The translations under genes were made by a program, and so were the position numbers. Below are positions 8,895-18,659 of a DNA stretch of 64,000 nt, one piece after another (within the stretch, counting starts at the first letter, position 1; each line of letters starts with the position of its first letter). The DNA is from an uncultured Acidobacteriota bacterium. Its GTDB lineage: Bacteria > Acidobacteriota > UBA6911. Under the pieces are notes generated by a model, which worked only from the letters and a program-made list of their open reading frames with translations, did not search any database and was not told the origin of the DNA. The stretch is taken from assembly GCA_963827655.1 (NCBI GenBank), contig CAWHCF010000049.1:1-64000 (forward strand), in the 5' to 3' direction.

Positions 8895-11068
8895 ATGAAA
8901 TCAAGAATCCTGTTTGGCGTCTCGACTGCTTTTCTGCTGTTGACGGCGTATGCGCCCGCGCCCAAACGAGGGATTCCCAAGACCGGCTACCGCGACTGGA
9001 AGGTCTACGGCGGCGCTGCCGACGGAATTCGCTATTCCGCCCTGGACCAGATCAACCGCAAGAATGTCGCCCAGCTTCGCACGGCCTGGACTTTCGACAC
9101 GGGCGACTCCTTCACGAATTCGGAAATGCAGTGCAACCCTATCGTCGTCGATGGCGTCCTGTACGCCACGACCCCGAAGCTCCGGGTCATCGCGCTGGAT
9201 GCAGCGGACGGCTCTCTGCGCTGGGCGTTCGATCCCTGGAAAGATAGAAAGGCTTTCAGCAAGGGCAGGAACCGCGGGTCTGACTTACTGGCGAGACGGC
9301 GATAGCGGCAGGATCTATTTCGTGGCCCGGCACTTCCTCTTCGCCCTCGATGCGCGGACGGGGCAGTTGGTTGCGCAGTTCGGAGCTTCGGGGCGGGTGG
9401 ACCTCCGCGAAGGATTCGGACGCGACCCTGCCGGCATTACAATTACGGCGACAACCCCGGGAGTCGTCTACAAGGATCTGCTCATCCTGGGAAACGTTTC
9501 CAGTGAATCGCTTCCCGCCGCGCCCGGCGACATTCGAGCCTACGACCTCCGTAGCGGCAAACTGCGCTGGAGTTTTCACACCATCCCCCATCCGGGTGAG
9601 CCCGGTTATGAAACCTGGCCCAAGGATGCCTGGCAGTATAGTGGCGCGGCCAACAACTGGGCCGGAATGACCGTGGACGAGAAACGAGGGCTGGTCTTCG
9701 CGCCGACTGGATCCGCCGCATTCGATTTTTACGGGGCGAACCGGCTGGGCGATAACCTGTTTGCAAATTCGCTCATTGCTCTCAAAGCGGAGACGGGCGA
9801 AAGGGTCTGGCACTTCCAGACCATCAAGCACGACGTCTGGGATCGTGATCTTCCGGCGCCTCCGGCCCTGGTCACCGTGCGGCGCGGCGGACGGCTGATC
9901 GACGCGGTCGCGCAGATCACGAAAACCGGACACGTCTTCGTATTCGAGCGGGAGACCGGCAACCCTCTCTTCCCCATCGAATACCGCCGAGTTCCCCAGT
10001 CCGACGTCGAAGGGGAGAAACTGGCCGACACCCAGCCGTTTCCATTGAAACCGGCGCCCGTTCGCGCGCCAGGCCGTTACCGAATCTACGCTCACAAAGA
10101 GGACCCCGGCGGCGCACGACGCCGTGCTCGCCAGGCTGCGCACACTGCGCAACGGGGCGTCGTTCGAACCCCCAAGCCTCCAGGGGACGATAGTCTTCCC
10201 TGGTTTTGACGGCGCAGGGGAATGGGGAGGCGCTGCCTTCGATCCGGAGACCGGGCTCCTTTACGTGAACTCGAACGAGATGGCCTGGATTCTTCGCCTG
10301 GTCGAGAGACCGAAGCCCGGGGCGCGCTCGAGCGGCCGTAACCTGTACCTGCAGCACTGCGCTTCATGTCACCGCGAAGATCGTGAGGGGACTCCTCCGG
10401 AGTTCCCTTCGCTGGCAGGGATCGGGGAAAAGTACTCCACATCGGAGGTCGTGAGGATCACGCTGGAAGGGGGCGGCCGAATGCCAGGCTTGACCCAGCT
10501 CCGCGGTGAGCCTGCGCGGGCGATCGCGGACTACCTGGTTTCCGGTAAAGATACCGTGGCGGGAGAGATTCCGGCGCCCTCTCCGATGGATCTGAAATAC
10601 CGTCACGACGGTTACAACAAATTCCTCGACCCGGATGGCTACCCGGCCCTGGAACCTCCCTGGGGGACGCTGAATGCCATCAGCCTGGACACAGGGGATT
10701 ACGCCTGGAAGATTCCTTTCGGGGAATTCCCCGAGCTGGTCGAAAAAGGGATGCGCAACACCGGAAGCGAGAACTATGGCGGACCGGTCGTGACGGCGGG
10801 AGGCCTGCTGTTTATAGGCGCGACGAACCATGACAGGAAGTTCCATGCCTTCGACAAGGCGACCGGAAAGCTTCTGTGGGAAACGATCCTGCCGGCATCC
10901 GGCAACGCTACGCCGGCCGTGTACGAAGTCAACGGGCGCCAGTTCATAGTAATTGCGGCCGGTGGCGGCAAGTCGGGAGCGGCTTCGGGCGGCGCCTATG
11001 TGGCTTTTGCTTTACCGGAAAACGAAAGCAACCATCGAGACGCGAAGACCCAGCCTACGGCTCGCTGA
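8895..11068 (+). CDS. PQQ-dependent dehydrogenase (glucose/quinate type) with cytochrome c insert; two frameshifts (about 9290 and 10065)
   Basis: [30 protein letters not shown] heme motif, [14 protein letters not shown] across three ORFs. Confidence 0.88.
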
Positions 11069-11174
11069 CCCGCTTCCTTAGCCGCTTGTAATTCAGCCGG
11101 CTCATTGAGATCCTTCCCAACGCCGGTACCGGCTATGCTTGTTATTGGTCCACTACGAATGGTACGCCAGCTCG

Positions 11175-11448
11175 CGCCCTGAAAGGGCGAAGGAAAGTAG
11201 TCGAGGGCAAGCGAAGCTTGTCCGCCTGGTCACACACAAGCAAAGAGACGCGCCCCGGAGGGGCGCTGGACGCTGCCACCGTCAATGCTCCTGCGCCCCA
11301 TTCAGGGCGCATAGACCGATAACGCCAAACCCCGGGCCTGCGAAGCGCTTGCCCGGGGCTAATTTCCGTCGCCCCTCCGGGGCGAAATCGCCGAGATCCC
11401 GATGAGATGACGTCGTAAGGTCGCACGAGCAAGCTACCGCACTCCAAG
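11175..11448. repeat. Cluster of REP-like GC-rich palindromes
   Basis: cgccctgaaagggcg, gcgccccggaggggcgc, gcgccccattcagggcgc, cgcccctccggggcg. Confidence 0.65.
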
Positions 11449-11503
11449 AGCGCGCGTTTGGAGTTCGCAAGGTTGTTTTCGAGACTTTCAAGGAAATCAC
11501 TCT

Positions 11504-12379
11504 ATGATCACGAAGCAAGCGTCGATAGTTTTAGGTGCTTTATTCATGCTGCTCCAGGCGGCGTGCAACGGCAGCAAGCCCGCGGCGCCGGTGCAGGAAC
11601 AGGCCAAAGCGCCCCCGGCGAAGACCCGCGCGGCAGCTCCGCCGGCAGGTGATCCGGTCTGGGGATACGAGGCATCAGAAGGCCCCTCCAAGTGGGGCTC
11701 GCTCAGCCCGAAATGGGCGGTCTGCAGCTCGGGCAAAATGCAATCGCCGATCGACATCGAGAAGACGGCAAGAATGGATTTGCCTGAGCTGAGGGCGGAG
11801 TTCAAACCGGCTGTCCTGAAGATCGTCCATCACGAACACATGGCGGATGTGATCAACACGGGCCATTCGATTCAGGTGAACTATACCGAGGGCGACACGC
11901 TGAAAGTCGGCGGCGAAGAGTTCCAGCTCCTCCAGTATCACTTTCATAGCCCGAGCGAGCACACCGTCGGTGGTAAGCATTTCCCGATAGAGATGCACAT
12001 GGTGCACAAGTCGGCCAACGGGAAATTGGCCGTCGTCGGCGTCTTCATCGAAGAAGGGAAGCATAACAGCGCCTTCGATCCCGTCTGGTCGAACCTGCCG
12101 AGTTCAAAGAGCGTGCAGCACCATCTGGAGCACGTGACCGTGGATGTGAATCAACTGTTGCCGACCAGCAAGACCAGCTACCGCTACGACGGGTCTTTGA
12201 CGACGCCGCCCTGCTCCGAGGGAGTGAAGTGGATCGTCATGACCGATCCGGTTCAAATTTCCGCGCAGCAGATCAACGCTTTCCGGAATGTGATGAAAGA
12301 CAACAACCGCCCTGTACAGCCGCTCAATGCGCGCAAGGTGGTGACTGACCGGATCGCGGAAACCAGCGTGAAGAAGTAA
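11504..12379 (+). CDS. Alpha-class carbonic anhydrase, probable lipoprotein
   Basis: QSPIDI, QYHFH, SEH, EMHMVH, GSLTTPPCSEGV; lipobox-like QAAC. Confidence 0.95.
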   Translation: MITKQASIVLGALFMLLQAACNGSKPAAPVQEQAKAPPAKTRAAAPPAGDPVWGYEASEGPSKWGSLSPKWAVCSSGKMQSPIDIEKTARMDLPELRAEFKPAVLKIVHHEHMADVINTGHSIQVNYTEGDTLKVGGEEFQLLQYHFHSPSEHTVGGKHFPIEMHMVHKSANGKLAVVGVFIEEGKHNSAFDPVWSNLPSSKSVQHHLEHVTVDVNQLLPTSKTSYRYDGSLTTPPCSEGVKWIVMTDPVQISAQQINAFRNVMKDNNRPVQPLNARKVVTDRIAETSVKK

Positions 12380-12419
12380 TGGCTGCGTGGCGATACACAG
12401 AACTCCGCCGGTCGTCGGT

Positions 12420-15400
12420 TCACCAGAGGAACCGGAGCGCCAGTTGGATATCGCGGTTATCGGCCACTGTCTCGGTGATGGTGCCGAACTGCGGCGTATT
12501 GAACACCCGGTTCGGAATCTGAAACTGCGGAGTATTCATGATGTTGAAGAACTCCGCGCGGAACTGCAGTTTCCGCCTGCCTTCAGAATCGATCGGAATG
12601 TCTTTGAATATGGACACATCAAAGTTTGTGAGCGACGGACCTGTCCCGACATTTCGACTCGTATTTCCAAACGCAAATCCGTCCGGTATGCGGAATGCGG
12701 CAGCGTTGATCCACCGATTCACGGAGCGTTCCTCCGAAGGAAGATCGGGCGAGACGCCGGTTGCATCGGGCCGGATGTTTGAAGATCCTGTGTTGGACTG
12801 ATCGAACGGCGAATTGATCGTGAACGCGCGCCCGCTCTGATGGGAAGCAATTCCGTTGATTTGCCAACCGCCGACCAGGCGGTTCCAGCCAGGAGATATA
12901 TCTCCGAACCAGGCATGGCCGCGGCCGAGCGGAAGTTCCCACAGGTAACTAAAAATCAATCGGTGACGAACGTCCTGGAACGAGCGAGACCGTTCCGCCC
13001 TGAGGTTGAACTGGTCCTGCAGGTTCCCCGTCCCACTCGTGGTTGAAAGCTGCGTCGAGTCGGAATCGTCAATTGCTTTCGCCCACGTGTACGACAGCAG
13101 GAACAGATGGCCAAGTGAGAATCGCTTCTCGACTTTTGTTTGCAACGCGTGATAGATGGAGTTCCCTCTCGGCTCCTGGAAGGTGATGCTGCCCCAACCT
13201 GGGAAGAAGCGCCTGCTGTTTACCGAGCCTGCGCTCGGCAAGGGTTGATTGATGTTGCGGTTCGCCATCAACTTGTTGGCCTTATTGCCCACATAGGCAA
13301 CTTCGATGGCATAGTCACGAAGCTCCCTGCCGATTGTGAAGTTCCACTGCTGGCTGTAAGCGGCGGCGAAGTCGTAGGGCCGTCCATTGATGTTCAGAAA
13401 TCGATTGTCGAAGTTGCCATCAGGGAAGCCGACCGGAGGGAAACCTTGAACGGGCCGAAGAGCTGTCGAGGGATCCAACTGATTACTGGGGTACGTGAAA
13501 CTCGCCGAGAAAGGCGGGTTGAAAGTTGGGTTGTGGTGACCCGCGTCTTCCAAGGTATGGAAGATGCCGTAACCCGTGCGGATGACCGTTCGCTGGTCGA
13601 GCTGAAAGGCGACGCCTATCCTCGGAGCGAAATTGTTTCTATCCGCTCGGGCGAGAGCGCGAGTTTCGAGTGATTCCGGGGCAGCCAAGACGACTTTGTT
13701 GGTGGCCATGTCAAAGTTGGCCATTCGATCAACCACTTCCGTGACCGGCGTTGTGTACTCATATCGCACGCCGATGTTCATCGTCAGGCGGTTGGATACC
13801 TTCCAGTCATCCTGAATGAAGCCGCTATAGTTTCGGACCCGAATGCCTGCGCGTACGTTGGTTCCAATTGACGATGAATCAGGCAATCCCAGCAGAAAGT
13901 CGGCAAACGGACTGCCGGTGCCTGTACGGGAAAGAGGGTTTTGGCTGAACACACCGTTGTAGGTGAAAGCGCCACGAGGGGAGCTACCCTGGCCGAGGTT
14001 GAACTGCGTGCGGCGGTGTTCAAACCCCATCTTGAAACTATGGCGGCCTGCGATGATCGTCAGATTATCCAGCAGGTGAAAGACATTCTGCCCGCGCCGA
14101 GTGTCGAAGCTGTCGCCCAGCGAGGAGAATCCGGTTATGCCTACCACGGTGAGGCCGTTTGATTGTGGATCGGAAGGGACTCCGCGGATGCCAAACTCGG
14201 TAGCAAGATTCTGTCCTTCGCTCCGTGGTGTAACAGTAGCGTAGAGCCGATTGAAACCGAATCGCGCCTCATTCACTACACGCGGCGAAAAGGTACGCGT
14301 GTAACTCATCACTGCGCCACGATTGTTGATCACCTGCGGAAGAAACTCGTTTGCCGAGAAGTAGCCGTTGTACGGGACGTCCGGAACGTTGAGCGGCACA
14401 ATAAATGTCCGGTTCCCGTGGCTGTACCGGAACATGAAGCTATCCTTTTCGCTCGCCAAATGATCCAGCTTGATATCGCCTTGATCATTATCGTCGGTAT
14501 ATTTGGGATTGAGGATGTAATTATTCGCGATGCCCGGACGATTCGGCTGCGGATAGAGCGCCAGGTATCTCTGCATGATCGGGTCGAAGCGGTTCGACGG
14601 AATTCGATTATCGGGGAACTGATCGCGAATGGCGCGGCCATCGCTGCCGACGCGTGTGGTGTCCGCATCGAAGATAGGTTGCACAAGTCCGGAGAAATCG
14701 CCTACACGCATCTCCGCAGTCGGCACTGTGAAGATTCGCGTCAGACCCTTGCGAATGCGCGTGCCCTGATAGTCGGCAAAGAAAAACGTCCGATTTCGAC
14801 CGTCATAGAGCTTGGGAAGATAAACCGGACCGCCCGCTGCTCCTCCGAACTGGTTCTGCTGGAAGGCCGGGCGTGCGCGTCCGACATTGAAGAAGTTGTT
14901 GGCGTCGAGTTTGTCGTTGCGCAGGAATTCGAAAAGCACGCCATGGAACTCGTTGGTGCCGGACCGCAGGCTAATATTTATGGTTCCGCCCAAGCCTCTC
15001 CCAAACTCGGCGGGCTGCAAATTAGACTGAACTTTGAACTCGGCGATGGCGTCGGGACTCGGCAGCACGGGCGCCTGATTGTTATCAGTCGTGTTGTTAT
15101 TGATCCCATCCAGGAGAAAGTTGTTGTTCTGAATGCGATTGCCGTTGATTCCAATTAGAAAATCCTGATACAGAGAATTGTTTTTCTGAGGGATGTATGC
15201 GCCGGGCGTGAGCGCGATCAGCTGAATGAAGTTGCGTCCGTTCAACGGTAATTCGGAGACGGGCTTTGTTGCAATCACCTGACCAAGGGATGTCGTCTCG
15301 GATGCCAGAAGAGGAGCCACGATAGTGACTTCAATGGTTTCTGTGAGTTGGCCGACCTCGAGGCCGAAATCGATTCGAACCCGGTCCTGTACGCGTAAGA

Positions 15401-15683
15401 GAACGTTCTGGCGAACACTCTTCTTGAATCCGGGCGCTTCGACCGTAATCGTATATGAGCCGATGCGCAAAGGCGTGGCGACGAACAACCCGTCGTTGTC
15501 TGTCGTGACGGTTATGCTCGTGTTGGTGCCAGTATTCAGCAAGGCAACGGTGGCATTGGGTACGGCTGATCCGCTCTGGTCCGTGACCAGACCGGTGATA
15601 ATTCCGGTGTCTTGCTGGGCGAAGCAGACGGCAGCCGAAACAAAAAAGATCGTCTTGACGATCGCGCTCCAGAAACGTGGCAT
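12420..15683 (-). CDS. TonB-dependent receptor (Oar-like, acidobacterial type)
   Basis: Signal peptide, carboxypeptidase-regulatory-like N-domain, LPLNGRNF, FEFLRN, FRAEFFN, C-terminal QLALRFLW. Confidence 0.93.
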   Translation of the reverse strand: MPRFWSAIVKTIFFVSAAVCFAQQDTGIITGLVTDQSGSAVPNATVALLNTGTNTSITVTTDNDGLFVATPLRIGSYTITVEAPGFKKSVRQNVLLRVQDRVRIDFGLEVGQLTETIEVTIVAPLLASETTSLGQVIATKPVSELPLNGRNFIQLIALTPGAYIPQKNNSLYQDFLIGINGNRIQNNNFLLDGINNNTTDNNQAPVLPSPDAIAEFKVQSNLQPAEFGRGLGGTINISLRSGTNEFHGVLFEFLRNDKLDANNFFNVGRARPAFQQNQFGGAAGGPVYLPKLYDGRNRTFFFADYQGTRIRKGLTRIFTVPTAEMRVGDFSGLVQPIFDADTTRVGSDGRAIRDQFPDNRIPSNRFDPIMQRYLALYPQPNRPGIANNYILNPKYTDDNDQGDIKLDHLASEKDSFMFRYSHGNRTFIVPLNVPDVPYNGYFSANEFLPQVINNRGAVMSYTRTFSPRVVNEARFGFNRLYATVTPRSEGQNLATEFGIRGVPSDPQSNGLTVVGITGFSSLGDSFDTRRGQNVFHLLDNLTIIAGRHSFKMGFEHRRTQFNLGQGSSPRGAFTYNGVFSQNPLSRTGTGSPFADFLLGLPDSSSIGTNVRAGIRVRNYSGFIQDDWKVSNRLTMNIGVRYEYTTPVTEVVDRMANFDMATNKVVLAAPESLETRALARADRNNFAPRIGVAFQLDQRTVIRTGYGIFHTLEDAGHHNPTFNPPFSASFTYPSNQLDPSTALRPVQGFPPVGFPDGNFDNRFLNINGRPYDFAAAYSQQWNFTIGRELRDYAIEVAYVGNKANKLMANRNINQPLPSAGSVNSRRFFPGWGSITFQEPRGNSIYHALQTKVEKRFSLGHLFLLSYTWAKAIDDSDSTQLSTTSGTGNLQDQFNLRAERSRSFQDVRHRLIFSYLWELPLGRGHAWFGDISPGWNRLVGGWQINGIASHQSGRAFTINSPFDQSNTGSSNIRPDATGVSPDLPSEERSVNRWINAAAFRIPDGFAFGNTSRNVGTGPSLTNFDVSIFKDIPIDSEGRRKLQFRAEFFNIMNTPQFQIPNRVFNTPQFGTITETVADNRDIQLALRFLW

Positions 15684-16093
15684 CGGTTCCTCCTACAGAA
15701 CAGACGTACTTTTGCTGCTTGATTATGTAGGGGTTGCTGACGGCTGCCAGTCCATCTGACCGAATAGCGGCTGCGCGTAGAACCATGGATTAACCTTAAG
15801 CGAAAGATTGAATCTGGCTGCCTCGGGTAACATCGTATCCGATCAGGTCCAAAAACTCAAAATGTCCATCTCGGAAATTCCATCGGCGCGCTTCTCATGG
15901 TCCGTGATATCGGAACTCACGCGTTATTCCGGAAACCGGGTGCCGGTGTCCGGCGGTCCGGCAGCCCAGGTGCGCCCTCGATCGGGCGGCGGCTAAACTC
16001 CGGGAACAAGTCGGGGAATCGCTGGCGGCTTCCGATGACACGCGCGCCGGTCCGCGCCAGGAAGAGTAACAGCGCGTGGTCCTGCCTGCCGCG

Positions 16094-16282
16094 CTAACTT
16101 TGTTGTTCAGGAGTTTCTGCAAGTCTATCTACGCACGCTGCATGTCGGGGGCCAATCGCAGCCATCTGGATAATCTCTCCGTCGAGCAGTTCGACCCGGT
16201 CGTCTTCGCTCAGAATCCCGGCCTCAACCATCCGGTGGTATTCCGCGGTGGTAAATGGTCGACGTGCTAATTGAAGCGCCAT
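16094..16282 (-). pseudogene. Uma2-family endonuclease, truncated
   Basis: FTTAEYHRM..AGIL.EDDRVELLDGEI..M..IGPRH N-terminus only. Confidence 0.8.
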
Positions 16283-16399
16283 AGTTCCCTCACCCTAGGA
16301 TCACTGGTTGGTGCTGGGCTGCGTTCTCGGGAATTTTAGCACAGCAGGGTGGCGCTGCCGAATGCGCCGCCACTTCGGCAGATGGAGTCAGACCCGAGC

Positions 16400-17611
16400 C
16401 TACAGCTCGCTGACCCGCTGCCGGAGCCGCTTGTCCTTCAGCAGGCTCTCATTGAGCTCCGTCCCAACCCCGATACCGGCCGGCGGGTATGCGAATCCCC
16501 CCTCGATTCTGGGCAGGGTGGTGACGATGTCGTTGTACCAGGTCGCGTTGTAGGCTCGAACCGTTTCCTGGATCAAGGCATTGGGTGCGTTCAGGCTGAG
16601 GTGTACCGAGCAGGCGAGCGTCACCGGCCCCACGCAGTCATGAGGCGCAATCGGAAGATGGTAGGCCTCGGCCAAGGTCGCGATTCGCTTTGCCTCTGAA
16701 ACCCCGCCGGTCCAGGAAATATCAAACATGCAGATGGTCACCGCCCTTTTCTCAAACAGCTCGCGAAACGCCCAGCGGGTGGACATCGTCTCCGACGCCG
16801 TGGTCGGGATATGAGTCGAATTCTTGAACTGCGCGACGCTGTCGATGTTGTCCATGGGCACCGGATCCTCGAACCAGTAAGGATCCAGCGGCTCCAGCGC
16901 CTTGGCGATGCGGATCGCCGAAGGCAGATTCCAGAGGCAGTGCATCTCTACCATCATGTCCATCCGCTTGCCAACCTTCGACCGGATCTTCCGGAACGGT
17001 TCTGCGCCCGCCTCCACGTCCTCCTTCGAAATGAACTGCCCGTTGGTCTTCTCTACAAACTGGTCGAACGGCCAGATCTTCATGGCCGTGAAGCCCTGTG
17101 ATAGCAGGTCCTCGGCGAGCGCGCCGGCGTCGGTGAGGAAGGCGTGCTGGTCCTCGTAAGGCTGCTCCGGGTGGTGATCGAGCTCGCCGGCTTTGTAATG
17201 TCCCGGCCGGTTCACGCCGTATGAATAGCCGGCGCACGTGTTGTAAACCCGGATCTTGTCGCGGAACAAGCCGCCGAGAAGCTGGTAGAGCGGCTGCTTC
17301 ACCCGCTTTCCGTATAGATCCCAAAGCGCAATGTCCAATGCAGATTGCCCGCGCACTTCTGTGCCCCGCGCCCGGGAGGTAAAGGTGCCGGCGCGCCCGA
17401 GCATCTGCCAGAGGTAGTCGAGTCGCATAGGATCGGCGCCGAGAAGGGTTTCAGCGGCGCTTTCGTGGATCCACGCCGCTACGGCTTCGGGACCGAACGA
17501 GGTCTCGCCCAGCCCGACGAGTCCATCGTTCGTGTGCAGGCGCACCCAGAGAAGCTTCGGGTAATCCGGGTGCATCATGGTTTCGATGCGGGTGATTACG
17601 GATGTCTTCAC
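16400..17611 (-). CDS. Mandelate racemase/muconate lactonizing enzyme family (enolase superfamily)
   Basis: GLGE, SALDIALWDL.GK, KIWPFD, WFEDP, APHDC. Confidence 0.92.
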   Translation of the reverse strand: MKTSVITRIETMMHPDYPKLLWVRLHTNDGLVGLGETSFGPEAVAAWIHESAAETLLGADPMRLDYLWQMLGRAGTFTSRARGTEVRGQSALDIALWDLYGKRVKQPLYQLLGGLFRDKIRVYNTCAGYSYGVNRPGHYKAGELDHHPEQPYEDQHAFLTDAGALAEDLLSQGFTAMKIWPFDQFVEKTNGQFISKEDVEAGAEPFRKIRSKVGKRMDMMVEMHCLWNLPSAIRIAKALEPLDPYWFEDPVPMDNIDSVAQFKNSTHIPTTASETMSTRWAFRELFEKRAVTICMFDISWTGGVSEAKRIATLAEAYHLPIAPHDCVGPVTLACSVHLSLNAPNALIQETVRAYNATWYNDIVTTLPRIEGGFAYPPAGIGVGTELNESLLKDKRLRQRVSEL

Positions 17612-17645
17612 GATTGACGATTGACGATTGACGATTGACGATTGG
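17611..17645. repeat. Heptamer tandem repeat (CGATTGA)n
   Basis: About 5 copies directly visible. Confidence 0.9.
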
Positions 17646-17696
17646 GCATGGTTTGAATGTGGACGTCGTCGTCACATAGGGAACAGGAGGGCCTGC

Positions 17697-18606
17697 CTAT
17701 TCGACCCATACCTTGAGGAGCAGGTAACCGAGCTTCCCGCCGGCCGGGTCCATATGGTGCGCGGTATTGCGAGGGATCAGAACCATGTCGCCCGGGCCGA
17801 TGCTGTGCCGGCGGGCGCCGGAGACGCCGGTCCCGCGGATCTCGCCCGGGGCTTCTTCCTTCGGATTGGCGATGTCACCCCCAAGCTGAGCGGTGGCGGT
17901 GCCGGTCTGGACGAAATAAATATCGGTGCAGCCGCGATGAGCCTCCCAGGGACCGCTTCGGCCGGTATAGATTACGTAATTCATCGTATAGTTCGGCGCG
18001 GCGTGAATGGGCTGGTTGCTGCTGTGTGTGGCGAAGGTGGCGTCGATCTCCGATTTCTTCAGGACGTCGGCCATGCGCCTGGGGGACAGGAAGCCTTGGC
18101 GAGGCGGCAGATTGTCTCCGGCGGGGAACACCTGTACGCGCACAAACTCCAATCGTCCGCCGCCAGGGTCAATGCGATGGGGGGTATTGCGCGGCAAGTG
18201 GACCACGTCGCCGGCGCCCACGTCGTTTGTCCGGCCGTCTTTGATGGCCTCTCCTGTCAGCTCGCCTGACGCGGACTTTCTGGCTCCGGCAAGCTCGCCG
18301 CCGACCAGAATCTTGGCCGTTCCGGCGCGGACGAAGAGAAGCTGGTCGGCGCTAGGATGCGCCGTGTGAGGACCGGGCTTGCCGGCTTGTACATCAAACC
18401 GAATTGTATAGGCGGGCGTGGAGTGCACGAGCAGACCCGGCGCTTCCTTTCCGGGTGTTACTCCGGCAAACATGCCACCGATGTCGGCGCTCTTGAGTAC
18501 GTCCCGGATTTCGGCACGGCCTGGCGCGGCTGACATAAGGAACACGAGACTCAGGCAGAAGCAGATCGTGAAGGCACCCACGGGTGAGAAGAAACTCGTC
18601 GCCATA
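17697..18606 (-). CDS. Secreted bicupin-domain protein
   Basis: Two internal repeats DVLK...H...G.A...GG...GE..G...GD...PRNT.H; hydrophobic N-terminus; start uncertain. Confidence 0.8.
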
Positions 18607-18659
18607 CGCGCCAAACGCTGACCACTAAGACACGAAGTCACCAAAGAAATACCAAAGCT

